A stretch of DNA of 64,000 bases from Eledone cirrhosa (taxonomy: Eukaryota). The notes beneath the pieces were generated by a model that was not told the DNA's origin, did no database searches, and was given only the letters and a program-made list of their open reading frames with translations. Made by a program: the position numbers and the translations under genes. The stretch covers positions 124,001 through 188,000 of the forward strand of contig CAXHJY010001441.1 in NCBI GenBank assembly GCA_964016885.1, given 5' to 3'. Position 1 is the stretch's first letter. Each line of letters starts with the position of its first letter. Of this stretch, positions 1-18,000 are shown piece after piece.

Positions 1-3000
1 CACACACATAGACAGAAGTGGACACACATACACATACAGTGAGACACTCACACACATAGACACAAGTGACACACATACACATACAGTGAGGCACTCACAC
101 ACATAGACAGAAGTGGACACACATACACATACAGTGAGACACTCACACACATAGACAGAAGTGGACACACATACACATACAGTGAGACGCTCACACACAT
201 AGACACAAGTGACACACATACACATACAGTGAGACACTCACACACATAGACAGAAGTGGACACACATACACATACAGTGAGACACTCACACACATAGACA
301 GAAGTGGACACACATACACATACAGTGAGACGCTCACACACATAGACACAAGTGACACACATACACATACAGTGAGACACTCACACACATAGACACAAGT
401 GACACACATACACATACAGACAGACACTCACACACATAGACACAAGTGGACACACATACACATACAGACAGACACTCACACACATAGACACAAGTGTCAC
501 ACATACACATACAGTGAGACACTCACACACATATACACAAGTGACACACATACACATACATACAGACACTCACACACATAGACACAAGTGACACACATAC
601 ACATACAGTGTGACACTCACACACATAGACACAAGTGGACACACATACACATACAGTGAGACACTCACACACATAGACACAAGTGGACACACATACACAT
701 ACAGTGAGACACTCACACACATAGACACAAGTGACACACATACACATACAGTGAGATACTCACACACATAGACACAAGTGGAGACACATACACATACAGT
801 GAGACACTCACACACATAGACACAAGTGGACACACATACACATACAGTGAGACACTCACACACATAGACACAAGTGGACACACATACACATACAGACAGA
901 CACTCACACACATAGACACAAGTGGACACACATACACATACAGTGAGATACTCACACACATAGACACAAGTGGACACACATACACATACAGTGAGATACT
1001 CACACACATAGACACAAGTGGACACACATACACATACAGTGAGACACTCACACACATAGACACAAGTGTCACACATACACATACAGACAGACACTCACAC
1101 ACATAGACACAAGTGTCACACATACACATACAGTGAGACACTCACACACATAGACACAAGTGGACACACATACACATACAGTGAGACACTCACACACATA
1201 GACACAAGTGTCACACATACACATACAGTGAGACACTCACACACATAGACACAAGTGACACACATACACATACAGTGAGATACTCACACACATAGACACA
1301 AGTGGAGACACATACACATACAGACAGACACTCACACACACAGACAGAAGTGGACACACTTACACATACAGTGAGACACTCACACACATAGACACAAGTG
1401 TCACACATACACATACAGACAGACACTCACACACATAGACAGAAGTGGACACACTTACACATACAGTGAGACACTCACACACAAAGACACAAGTGGACAC
1501 ACATAAACATACAGTGAGACACTCACACACAAAGACACAAGTGGACACACATACACATACAGACAGACACTCACACACATAGACACAAGTGACACACATA
1601 CACATACAGTGAGACACTCACACACATAGACACAAGTGGACACACATACACATACAGTGAGACACTCACACACAAAGACACAAGTGGACACACATACAAA
1701 TACAGACAGACACTCACACACATAGACACAAGTGGACACACATACACATACAGTGAGACACTCACACACAAAGACACAAGTGGACACACATACAAATACA
1801 GACAGACACTCTCACACATAGACACAAGTGACACACATATACATACAGTGAGACACTCACACACATAGACACAAGTGTCACACATACACATACAGTGAGA
1901 CACTCACACACATAGACACAAGTGGACACACATACACATACAGACAGACACTCACACACAAAGACACAAGTGTCACACATACACATACAGTGAGACACTC
2001 ACACACATAGACACAAGTGTCACACATACACATACAGTGAGACACTCACACACAGAGACACAAGTGACACACATACACATACAGTGAGACACTAACACAC
2101 ATAGACACAAGTGTCACACATACACATACAGTGAGATACTCACACACATAGACACAAGTGGACACACATACACATACAGTGTGACACTCACACACATAGA
2201 CACAAGTGGACACACATACACATACAGTGAGACACTCACACACATAGACACAAGTGTCACACATACACATACAGTGAGACACTCACACACATAGACACAA
2301 GTGGATACACATACACATACAGTGAGATACTCACACACATAGACACAAGTGGACACACATACACATACAGACAGACACTCACACACATAGACACAAGTGG
2401 ACACACATACACATACAGTGAGACACTCTCACACATAGACACAAGTGGACAGACATACACATACAGTGAGACACTCACACACATAGACACAAGTGACACA
2501 CATACACATACAGTGAGGCACTCACACACATAGACAGAAGTGGTTACACATACACATACAGTGAGACACTCACACACATAGACAGAAGTGGACACACATA
2601 CACATACAGTGAGACGCTCACACACATAGACACAAGTGACACACATACACATACAGTGAGACACTCACACACATAGACAGAAGTGGACACACATACACAT
2701 ACAGTGAGACACTCACACACATAGACAGAAGTGGACACACATACACATACAGTGAGACGCTCACACACATAGACACAAGTGACACACATACACATACAGT
2801 GAGACACTCACACACATAGACAGAAGTGGACACACATACACATACAGACAGACACTCACACACAAAGACACAAGTGGACACACATACACATACAGTGAGA
2901 CACTCACACACATAGACACAAGTGGACACACATACACATACAGACAGACACTCACACACAAAGACACAAGTGGACACACATACACATACAGACAGACACT

Positions 3001-6000
3001 CACACACATAGACACAAGTGGACACACATACACATACAGACAGACACTCACACACATAGACACAAGTGACTCACATACACATACAGACGGACACTCACAC
3101 ACATCGACACAAGTGTCACACATACACATACAGTGAGACACTCACACACATAGACACAAGTGGACACACATACACATACAGTGAGACACTCACACACATA
3201 GACACAAGTGGACACACATACACATACAGTGAGACACTCACACACATAGACACAAGTGACACACATACACATACAGTGAGACACTCACACACATAGACAC
3301 AAGTGTCACACATACACATACAGTGAGACACTCACACACATAGACACAAGTGGACACACATACACATACAGTGAGACACTCACACACATAGACACAAGTG
3401 GACAAACATACACATACAGTGAGACACTCTCACACATAGACACAAGTGGACACACATACACATACAGACAGACACTCACACACGTAGACACAAGTGGACA
3501 CATACACATACAGTGAGACACTCACACACATAGACACAAGTGTCACACATACACATACAGTGAGACACTGACACACATAGACACAAGTGGACACACATAC
3601 ACATACAGTGAGACACTCACACACATAGACACAAGTGGACACACATACACATACAGTGAGATACTCACACACATAGACACAAGTGGACACACATACACAT
3701 ACAGACAGACACTCACACACATAGACACAAGTGACACACATACACATACAGACAGACACTCACACACATAGACACAAGTGGACACACATACACATACAGT
3801 GAGACACTCACACACATAGACACAAGTGTCACACATACACATACAGTGAGACACTCACACACATAGACACAAGTGGACACACATACACATACAGTGAGAC
3901 ACTCACACACATAGACACAAGTAGACACACATACACATACAGTGAGACACTCACACACATAGACACAAGTGGACACACACATACAGTGAGACACTCACAC
4001 ACATAGACACAAGTGGACACACATACACATTCAGTGAGACACTCACACACATAGACACAAGTGGACACACATACACATACAGACAGACACTCACACACAT
4101 AGACACAAGTGGACACACATACACATACAGTGAGACACTCACACACATAGACACAAGTGTTACACATACACATACAGTGAGGCACTCACACACATAGACA
4201 CAAGTGGACACACATACACATACAGACAGACACTCACACACATAGACACAAGTGGACACACATACACATACAGTGAGACACTCACACACATAGACACAAG
4301 TGGACACACATACACATACAGAGAGACACTCACACACATAGACACAAGTGGACACACATACACATACAGTGAGACACTCTCACACATAGACACAAGTGGA
4401 CACACATACACATACAGACAGACACTCACACACATAGACACAAGTGGACACACATACACATACAGACAGACACTCACACACATAGACAAGAGTGTCACAC
4501 ATACACATACAGTGAGACACTCACACACATAGATACAAGTGGACACATACACATACAGTGAGACACTCACACACATATACACAAGTGACACACATACACA
4601 TACATACAGACACTCACACACATAGACACAAGTGACACACATACACATACAGTGTGACACTCACACACATAGTCACAAGTGGACACACATACACATACAG
4701 TGAGACACTCACACACATAGACACAAGTGGACACACATACACATACAGTGAGACACTCACACACATAGACACAAGTGACACACATACACATACAGTGAGA
4801 TACTCACACACATAGACACAAGTGGAGACACATACACATACAGTGAGACACTCACACACATAGACACAAGTGTCACACATACACATACAGTGAGACACTC
4901 ACACACATAGACACAAGTGTCACACATACACATACAGTGAGACACTCACACACATAGACACAAGTGGACACACATACACATACAGTGAGACACTCACACA
5001 CATAGACACAAGTGGACACACATACACATACAGTGAGATACTCACACACATAGACACAAGTGTCACACATACACATACAGACAGACACTCACACACATAG
5101 ACACAAGTGTCACACATACACATACAGACAGACACTCACACACATAGACAGAAGTGGACACACTTACACATACAGACAGACACTCACACACACAGACACA
5201 AGTGGACACACATACACATACAGTGAGACACTCACACACAAAGACACAAGTGGACACACATACACATACAGTGAGACACTCACACACAAAAACACAAGTG
5301 GACACACATACACATACAGACAGACACTCACACACATAGACACAAGTGGACACACATACACATACAGTGAGACACTCACACACATAGACACAAGTGACAC
5401 ACATACACATACAGTGAGATACTCACACACATAGACACAAGTGTCACACATACACATACAGACAGACACTCACACACATAGACAGAAGTGGACACACTTA
5501 CACATACAGTGAGGCACTCACACACAAAGACACAAGTGGACACACATACACATACAGTGAGACACTCACACACAAAGACACAAGTGGACACACATACACA
5601 TACAGTGAGACACTCACACACAAAGACACAAGTGGACACACATACACATACAGACAGACACTCACACACGTAGACACAAGTGACACACATACACATACAG
5701 TGAGACACTCACACACATAGACACAAGTGGACACACATACACATACAGTGAGACACTCACACACAAAGACACAAGTGGACACACATACAAATACAGACAG
5801 ACACTCACACACATAGACACATGTGACACACATACACATACAGTGAGACACTCACACACATAGACACAAGTGGACACACATACAAATACAGACAGACACT
5901 CACACACATAGACACAAGTGGACACACATACACATACAGTGAGACACTCACACACAAAGACACAAGTGGACACACATACAGATACAGACAGACACTCTCA

Positions 6001-9000
6001 CACATAGACACAAGTGACACACATACACATACAGTGAGACACTCACACACATAGACACAAGTGTCACACATACACATACAGTGAGACACTCACACACATA
6101 GACACAAGTGGACACACATACACATACAGACAGACACTCACACACAAAGACACAAGTGTCACACATACACATACAGTGAGACACTCACACACATAGACAC
6201 AAGTGTCACACATACACATACAGTGAGACACTCACACACAGAGACACAAGTGACACACATACACATACAGTGAGACACTCACACACATAGACACAAGTGT
6301 CACACATACACATACAGTGAGATACACACACACATAGACACAAGTGGACACACATACACATACACATACAGTGTGACACTCACACACATAGACACAAGTG
6401 GACACACATATACATACAGTGAGACACTCACACACATAGACACAAGTGTCACACATACACATACAGTGAGACACTCACACACATAGACACAAGTGGACAC
6501 ACATACACATACAGACAGACACTCACACACATAGACACAAGTGACACACATACACATACAGTGAGACACTCACACACATAGACACAAGTGGATACACATA
6601 CACATACAGTGAGATACTCACACACATAGACACAAGTGGACACACATACACATACAGACAGACACTCACACACATAGACACAAGTGGACACACATACACA
6701 TACAGTGAGACACTCTCACACATAGACACAAGTGGACAGACATACACATACAGTGAGACACTCACACACATAGACACAAGTGACACACATACACATACAG
6801 ACAGACACTCACACACATAGACACAAGTGGACACACATACACATACAGACAGACACTCACACACATAGACACAAGTGTCACACATACACATACAGACAGA
6901 CACTCACACACATAGACACCAGTGGACACACATACACATACAGACAGACACTCACACACATAGACACAAGTGTCACACATACACATACAGACAGACACTC
7001 ACACACATAGACACCAGTGGACACACATACACATACAGACAGACACTCACACACATAGACACAAGTGACACACATACACATACAGTGAGACACTCACACA
7101 CATAGACAGAAGTGGACACACATACACATACAGTGAGACACTCACACACATAGACACAAGTGGACACACATACACATACAGACAGACACTCACACACATA
7201 GACACAAGTGTCACACATACACATACAGTGAGACACTCTCACACATAGACACAAGTGGACACACATACACATACAGTGAGACACTCACACACATAGACAC
7301 AAGTGGACACACATACACATACAGTGAGACACTCACGCACATAGACAGAAGTGGACACACATACACATACAGTGAGACACTCACACACATAGACACAAGT
7401 GACACACATACACATACAGTGAGGCACTCACACACATAGACAGAAGTGGACACACATACACATACAGTGAGACACTCACACACATAGACACAAGTGTCAC
7501 ACATACACATACAGTGAGACACTCACACACATAGACAGAAGTGGACACACATACACATACAGTGAGACACTCACACACATAGACAGAAGTGGACACACAT
7601 ACACATACAGTGAGACGCTCACACACATAGACACAAGTGACACACATACACATACAGTGAGACACTCACACACATAGACAGAAGTGGACACACATACACA
7701 TACAGTGAGACACTCACACACATAGACAGAAGTGGACACACATACACATACAGTGAGACGCTCACACACATAGACACAAGTGACACACATACACATACAG
7801 TGAGACACTCACACACATAGACACAAGTGGACACACATACACATACAGTGAGACACTCACACACATAGACACAAGTGACACACATACACATACAGTGAGA
7901 TACTCACACACATAGACACAAGTGGAGACACATACACATACAGACAGACACTCACACACACAGACAGAAGTGGACACACTTACACATACAGTGAGACACT
8001 CACACACATAGACACAAGTGGACACACATACACATACAGTGAGACACTCACACACATAGACACAAGTGGACACACATACACATACAGTGAGACACTCACA
8101 CACATAGACACAAGTGTCACACATACACATACAGACAGACACTCACACACATAGACAGAAGTTGACACACTTACACATACAGTGAGACACTCACACACAA
8201 AGACACAAGTGGACACACATACACATAGAGACAGACACTCACACACATAGACACAAGTGACACACATACACATACAGTGAGACACTCACACACATAGACA
8301 CAAGTGGACACACATACACATACAGTGAGACACTCACACACATAGACACAAGTGTCACACATACACATACAGTGAGACACTCACACACATAGACACAAGT
8401 GGACACACATACACATACAGTGAGACACTCACACACATAGACACAAGTGACACACATACACATACAGTGAGACACTCACACACATAGACACAAGTGGACA
8501 CACATACACATACAGTGAGACACTCACACACATAGACACAAGTGGACACACATACACATACAGTGAGACACTCACACACATAGACACAAGTGACACACAT
8601 ACACATACAGTGAGACACTCACACACATAGACACAAGTGGACACACATACACATACAGTGAGACACTCACACACATAGACACAAGTGGACACACATACAC
8701 ATACAGTGAGACACTCACACACATAGACACAAGTGGACACACATACACATACAGTGAGACACTCACACACATAGACACAAGTGTCACACATACACATACA
8801 GTGAGACACTCACACACATAGACACAAGTGGATACACATACACATACAGACAGACACTCACACACATAGACACAAGTGGACACACATACACATACAGTGA
8901 GACACTCACACACATAGACACAAGTGACACACATACACATACAGACAGACACTCACACACATAGACACAAGTGGACACACATACACATACAGACAGACAC

Positions 9001-12000
9001 TCACACACATAGACACAAGTTACTCACATACACATACAGACGGACACTCACACACATAGACACAAGTGTCACACATACACATACAGACAGACACTCACAC
9101 ACAAAGACACAAGTGACACTCACACACATAGACACAAGTGGACACACATACACATACAGTGAGACACTCTCACACATAGACACAAGTGGACACACATACA
9201 CATACAGACAGACACTCACACACATAGACACAAGTGGACACACATACACATACAGACAGACACTCACACACATAGACACAAGTGTCACACATACACATAC
9301 AGTGAGACACTCACACACATAGACACAAGTGTCACACATACACATACAGTGAGACACTCACACACATAGACACAAGTGTCACACATACACATACAGTGAG
9401 ACACTCACACACATAGACACAAGTGTCACACATACACATACAGTGAGACACTCACACACATAGACACAAGTGTCACACATACACATACAGTGAGACACTC
9501 ACACACATAGACACAAGTGGACACACATACACATACAGTGAGACACTCACACACATAGACACAAGCGTCACACATACACATACAGTGAGACACTCACACA
9601 CATAGACACAAGTGACACACATACACATACAGACAGACACTCTCACACATAGACACAAGTGGACACACATACACATACAGACAGACACTCACACACATAG
9701 ACACAAGTGGACACACATACACATACAGACAGACACTCACACACATAGATACAAGTGACACACATACACATACAGACAGACACTCACACACATAGACACA
9801 AGTGGACACACATACACATACAGTGAGACACTCACACACATAGACACAAGTGGACACACATACACATACAGTGAGACACTCACACACATAGACACAAGTG
9901 GACACACATACACATACAGTGAGACACTCACACACATAGACACAAGTGGACACACACATACAGTGAGACACTCACACACATAGACACAAGTGGACACACA
10001 TACACATACAGTGAGACACTCACACACATAGACACAAGTGGTCACACATACACATACAGACAGACACTCACACACATAGACACAAGTGGACACACATACA
10101 CATACATTGAGACACTCACACACATAGACACAAGTGTTACACATACACATACAGTGAGGCACTCACACACATAGACACAAGTTGACACACATACACATAC
10201 AGACAGACACTCACACACATAGACACAAGTGGACACACATACACATACAGTGAGACACTCACACACATAGACACAAGTGGACACACATACACATACAGAG
10301 AGACACTCACGCACATAGACACAAGTGGACACACATACACATACAGTGAGACACTCTCACACATAGACACAAGTGGACACACATACACATACAGACAGAC
10401 ACTCACACACATAGACACAAGTGGACACACATACACATACAGACAGACACTCACACACATAGACACAAGTGTCACACATACACATACAGTGAGGCACTCA
10501 CACACATAGACACAAGTGTCACACATACACATACAGTGAGACACTCACACACATAGACACAAGTGGACACACATACACATACAGTGAGACACTCACACAC
10601 ATAGACACAAGTGGACACACATACACATACAGTGAGACACTCTCACACATAGACACAAGTGGACACACATACACATACAGACAGACACTCTCACACATAG
10701 ACACAAGTGGACACACATACACATACAGACAGACACTCACACACATAGACACAAGTGACACACATACACATACAGACAGACACTCACACACATAGACACA
10801 AGTGGACACACATACACATACAGTGAGACACTCACACACATAGACACAAGTGTCACACATACACATACAGTGAGACACTCACACACATAGACACAAGTGG
10901 ACACACATACACATACAGTGAGACACTCACACACATTGACACAAGTGGACACACATACACATACAGTGAGACACTCACACACATAGACACAAGTGGACAC
11001 ACATACACATACAGTGAGACACTCACACACATAGACACAAGTGGACACACATACACATACAGTGAGACACTCACACACATAGACACAAGTGGACACACAT
11101 ACACATACAGACAGACACTCACACACATAGACACAAGTGGACACACATACACATACAGTGAGACACTCACACACATAGACACAAGTGGAGACACATACAC
11201 ATACAGACAGACACTCACACACACAGACAGAAGTGGACACACTTACACATACAGTGAGACACTCACACACATAGACACAAGTGTCACACATACACATACA
11301 GACAGACACTCACACACATAGACAGAAGTTGACACACTTACACATACAGTGAGACACTCACACACAAAGACACAAGTGGACACACATACACATACAGTGA
11401 GACACTCACACACAAAGACACAAGTGGACACACATACACATAGAGACAGACACTCACACACATAGACACAAGTGACACACATACACATACAGTGAGACAC
11501 TCACACACATAGACACAAGTGGACACACATACACATACAGTGAGACACTCACACACATAGACACAAGTGTCACACATACACATACAGTGAGACACTCACA
11601 CACATAGACACAAGTGGACACACATACACATACAGTGAGACACTCACACACATAGACACACGTGACACACATACACATACAGTGAGACACTCACACACAT
11701 AGACACAAGTGGACACACATACACATACAGTGAGACACTCACACACATAGACACAAGTGGACACACATACACATACAGTGAGACACTCACACACATAGAC
11801 ACAAGTGACACACATACACATACAGTGAGACACTCACACACATAGACACAAGTGGACACACATACACATACAGTGAGACACTCACACACATAGACACAAG
11901 TGGACACACATACACATACAGTGAGACACTCACACACATAGACACAAGTGACACACATACACATACAGACAGACACTCACACACATAGACACAAGTGGAC

Positions 12001-15000
12001 ACACATACACATACAGACAGACACTCACACACATAGACACAAGTTACTCACATACACATACAGACGGACACTCACACACATAGACACAAGTGTCACACAT
12101 ACACATACAGTGAGACACTCACACACAAAGACACAAGTGACACTCACACACATAGACACAAGTGGACACACATACACATACAGTGAGACACTCTCACACA
12201 TAGACACAAGTGGACACACATACACATACAGACAGACACTCACACACATAGACACAAGTGGACACACATACACATACAGACAGACACTCACACACATAGA
12301 CACAAGTGTCACACATACACATACAGTGAGACACTCACACACATAGACACAAGTGTCACACATACACATACAGTGAGACACTCACACACATAGACACAAG
12401 TGTCACACATACACATACAGTGAGACACTCACACACATAGACACAAGTGTCACACATACACATACAGTGAGACACTCACACACATAGACACAAGTGTCAC
12501 ACATACACATACAGTGAGACACTCACACACATAGACACAAGTGGACACACATACACATACAGTGAGACACTCACACACATAGACACAAGTGTCACACATA
12601 CACATACAGTGAGACACTCACACACATAGACACAAGTGGACACACATACACATACAGTGAGACACTCACACACATAGACACAAGTGGACACACATACACA
12701 TACAGTGAGACACTCTCACACATAGACACAAGTGGACACACATACACATACAGACAGACACTCACACACATAGACACAAGTGGACACACATACACATACA
12801 GACAGACACTCACACACATAGATACAAGTGACACACATACACATACAGACAGACACTCACACACATAGACACAAGTGGACACACATACACATACAGTGAG
12901 ACACTCACACACATAGACACAAGTGTCACACATACACATACAGTGAGACACTCACACACATAGACACAAGTGGACACACATACACATACAGTGAGACACT
13001 CACACACATAGACACAAGTGGACACACATACACATACAGTGAGACACTCACACACATAGACACAAGTGGACACACACATACAGTGAGACACTCACACACA
13101 TAGACACAAGTGGACACACATACACATACAGTGAGACACTCACACACATAGACACAAGTGGTCACACATACACATACAGACAGACACTCACACACATAGA
13201 CACAAGTGGACACACATACACATACATTGAGACACTCACACACATAGACACAAGTGGTCACACATACACATACAGACAGACACTCACACACATAGACACA
13301 AGTGGACACACATACACATACATTGAGACACTCACACACATAGACACAAGTGTTACACATACACATACAGACAGACACTCACACACATAGACACAAGTGG
13401 ACACACATACACATACATTGAGACACTCACACACATAGACACAAGTGACACACATACACATACAGTGAGGCACTCACACACATAGACACAAGTTGACACA
13501 CATACACATACAGACAGACACTCACACACATAGACACAAGTGGACACACATACACATACAGTGAGACACTCACACACATAGACACAAGTGTCACACATAC
13601 ACATACAGTGAGGCACTCACACACATAGACACAAGTGGACACACATACACATACAGTGAGACACTCACACACATAGACACAAGTGGACACACATACACAT
13701 ACAGTGAGACACTCACACACATAGACACAAGTGGACACACATACACATACAGTGAGACACTCACACACATAGACACAAGTGTCACACATACACATACAGT
13801 GAGGCACTCACACACATAGACACAAGTGGACACACATACACATACAGTGAGACACTCACACACATAGACACAAGTGACACACATACACATACAGTGAGGC
13901 ACTCACACACATAGACACAAGTGGACACACATACACATACAGTGAGACACTCACACACATAGACACAAGTGGACACACATACACATACAGTGAGACACTC
14001 ACACACATAGACACAAGTGGACACACATACACATACAGTGAGGCACTCACACACATAGACACAAGTGGACACACATACACATACAGTGAGATATTCACAC
14101 ACATAGACACAAGTGACACACATACACATACAGACAGACACTCACACACATAGACACAAGTGTCACACATACACATACAGACAGACACTCACACACATAG
14201 ACACAAGTGACACACACACACATACAGTGAGACACTCACACACATAGACACAAGTGGACACACATACACATACAGTGAGACACTCACACACATAGACACA
14301 AGTGTCACACATACACATACAGTGAGGCACTCACACACATAGACACAAGTGGACACACATACACATACAGTGAGATATTCACACACATAGACACAAGTGG
14401 ACATACATACACATACAGAGAGACACTCACACACATAGACACAAGTTGACACACATACACATACAGTGAGGCACTCACACACATAGACACAAGTGGACAC
14501 ACATACACATACAGTGAGACACTCACACACATAGACACAAGTTGACACACATACACATACAGTGAGGCACTCACACACATAGACACAAGTGGACACACAT
14601 ACACATACAGTGAGGCACTCACACACATAGACACAAGTGGACACACATACACATACAGTGAGACACTCACACACATAGACACAAGTGGACACACATACAC
14701 ATACAGTGAGGCACTCACACACATAGACACAAGTGGACACACATACACATACAGTGAGACACTCACACACATAGACACAAGTGGACACACATACACATAC
14801 AGTGAGACACTCACACACATAGACACAAGTGGACACACATACACATACAGTGAGACACTCACACACATAGACACAAGTGGACACACATACACATACAGAC
14901 AGATACTCACACACATAGACACAAGTGTCACACATACACATACAGTGAGACACTCACACACATAGACACAAGTGGACACACATACACATACAGTGAGACA

Positions 15001-18000
15001 CTCACACACATAGACACAAGTTGACACACATACACATACAGACAGACACTCACACACATAGACACAAGTGGACACACATACACATACAGTGAGACACTCA
15101 CACACATAGACACAAGTGGACACACATACACATACAGAGAGACACTCACGCACATAGACACAAGTGGACACACATACACATACAGTGAGACACTCTCACA
15201 CATAGACACAAGTGGACACACATACACATACAGACATACACTCACACACATAGACACAAGTGGACACACATACACATACAGACAGACACTCACACACATA
15301 GACACAAGTGTCACACATACACATACAGTGAGGCACTCACACACATAGACACAAGTGTCACACATACACATACAGTGAGACACTCACACACATAGACACA
15401 AGTGGACACACATACACATACAGTGAGACACTCACACACATAGACACAAGTGGACACACATACACATACAGTGAGACACTCTCACACATAGACACAAGTG
15501 GACACACATACACATACAGACAGACACTCTCACACATAGACACAAGTGGACACACATACACATACAGACAGACACTCACACACATAGACACAAGTGACAC
15601 ACATACACATACAGACAGACACTCACACACATAGACACAAGTGGACACACATACACATACAGTGAGACACTCACACACATAGACACAAGTGTCACACATA
15701 CACATACAGTGAGACACTCACACACATAGACACAAGTGGACACACATACACATACAGTGAGACACTCACACACATAGACACAAGTGGACACACATACACA
15801 TACAGTGAGACACTCACACACATAGACACAAGTGGACACACATACACATACAGTGAGACACTCACACACATAGACACAAGTGGACACACATACACATACA
15901 GTGAGACACTCACACACATAGACACAAGTGGACACACATACACATACAGACAGACACTCACACACATAGACACAAGTGGACACACATACACATACAGTGA
16001 GACACTCACACACATAGACACAAGTGTCACACATACACATACAGTGAGGCACTCACACACATAGACACAAGTGGACACACATACACATACAGACAGACAC
16101 TCACACACATAGACACAAGTGGACACACATACACATACAGTGAGACACTCACACACATAGACAGAAGTGGACACACATACACATACAGAGAGACACTCAC
16201 ACACATAGACACAAGTGGACACACATACACATACAGTGAGACACTCTCACACATAGACACAAGTGGACACACATACACATACAGACAGACACTCACACAC
16301 ATAGACACAAGTGGACACACATACACATACAGACAGACACTCACACACATAGACACAAGTGTCACACATACACATACAGTGAGACACTCACACACATAGA
16401 CACAAGTGTCACACATACACATACAGTGAGACACTCACACACATAGACACAAGTGGACACACATACACATACAGTGAGACACTCACACACATAGACACAA
16501 GTGGACACACATACACATACAGTGAGACACTCTCACACATAGACACAAGTGGACACACATACACATACAGACAGACACTCACACACATAGACACAAGTGG
16601 ACACACATACACATACAGACAGACACTCACACACATAGACACAAGTGACACACATACACATACAGTGAGACACTCTCACACATAGACACAAGTGACACAC
16701 ATACACATACAGACAGACACTCACACACATAGACACAAGTGGACACACATACACATACAGTGAGACACTCACACACATAGACACAAGTGACACACATACA
16801 CATACAGTGAGACACTCACACACATAGACACAAGTGTCACACATACACATACAGTGAGACACTCACACACATAGACACAAGTGGACACACATACACATAC
16901 AGTGAGACACTCACACACATAGACACAAGTGGACACACATACACATACAGTGAGACACTCACACACATAGACACAAGTGGACATACATACACATACAGAC
17001 AGACACTCACACACATAGACACAAGTGGACACACATACACATACAGTGAGACACTCACACACATAGACACAAGTGTCACACATACACATACAGTGAGACA
17101 CTCACACACATAGACACAAGTGGACACACATACACATACAGTGAGACACTCACACACATAGACACAAGTGGACACACATACACATACAGTGAGACACTCA
17201 CACACATAGACACAAGTGGACACACATACACATACAGTGAGACACTCACACACATAGACACAAGTGGACACACATACACATACAGTGAGACACTCACACA
17301 CATAGACACAAGTGGACACACATACACATACAGACAGACACTCACACACATAGACACAAGTGGACACACATACACATACAGTGAGACACTCACACACATA
17401 GACACAAGTGTCACACATACACATACAGTGAGGCACTCACACACATAGACACAAGTGGACACACATACACATACAGACAGACACTCACACACATAGACAC
17501 AAGTGGACACACATACACATACAGTGAGACACTCACACACATAGACACAAGTGGACACACATACACATACAGAGAGACACTCACACACATAGACACAAGT
17601 GGACACACATACACATACAGTGAGACACTCTCACACATAGACACAAGTGGACACACATACACATACAGACAGACACTCACACACATAGACACAAGTGGAC
17701 ACACATACACATACAGACAGACACTCACACACATAGACACAAGTGTCACACATACACATACAGTGAGACACTCACACACATAGACACAAGTGTCACACAT
17801 ACACATACAGTGAGACACTCACACACATAGACACAAGTGGACACACATACACATACAGTGAGACACTAACACACATAGACACAAGTGTCACACATACACA
17901 TACAGTGAGACACTCACACACATAGACACAAGTGGACACACATACACATACAGTGAGACACTCACACACATAGACACAAGTGGACACACATACACATACA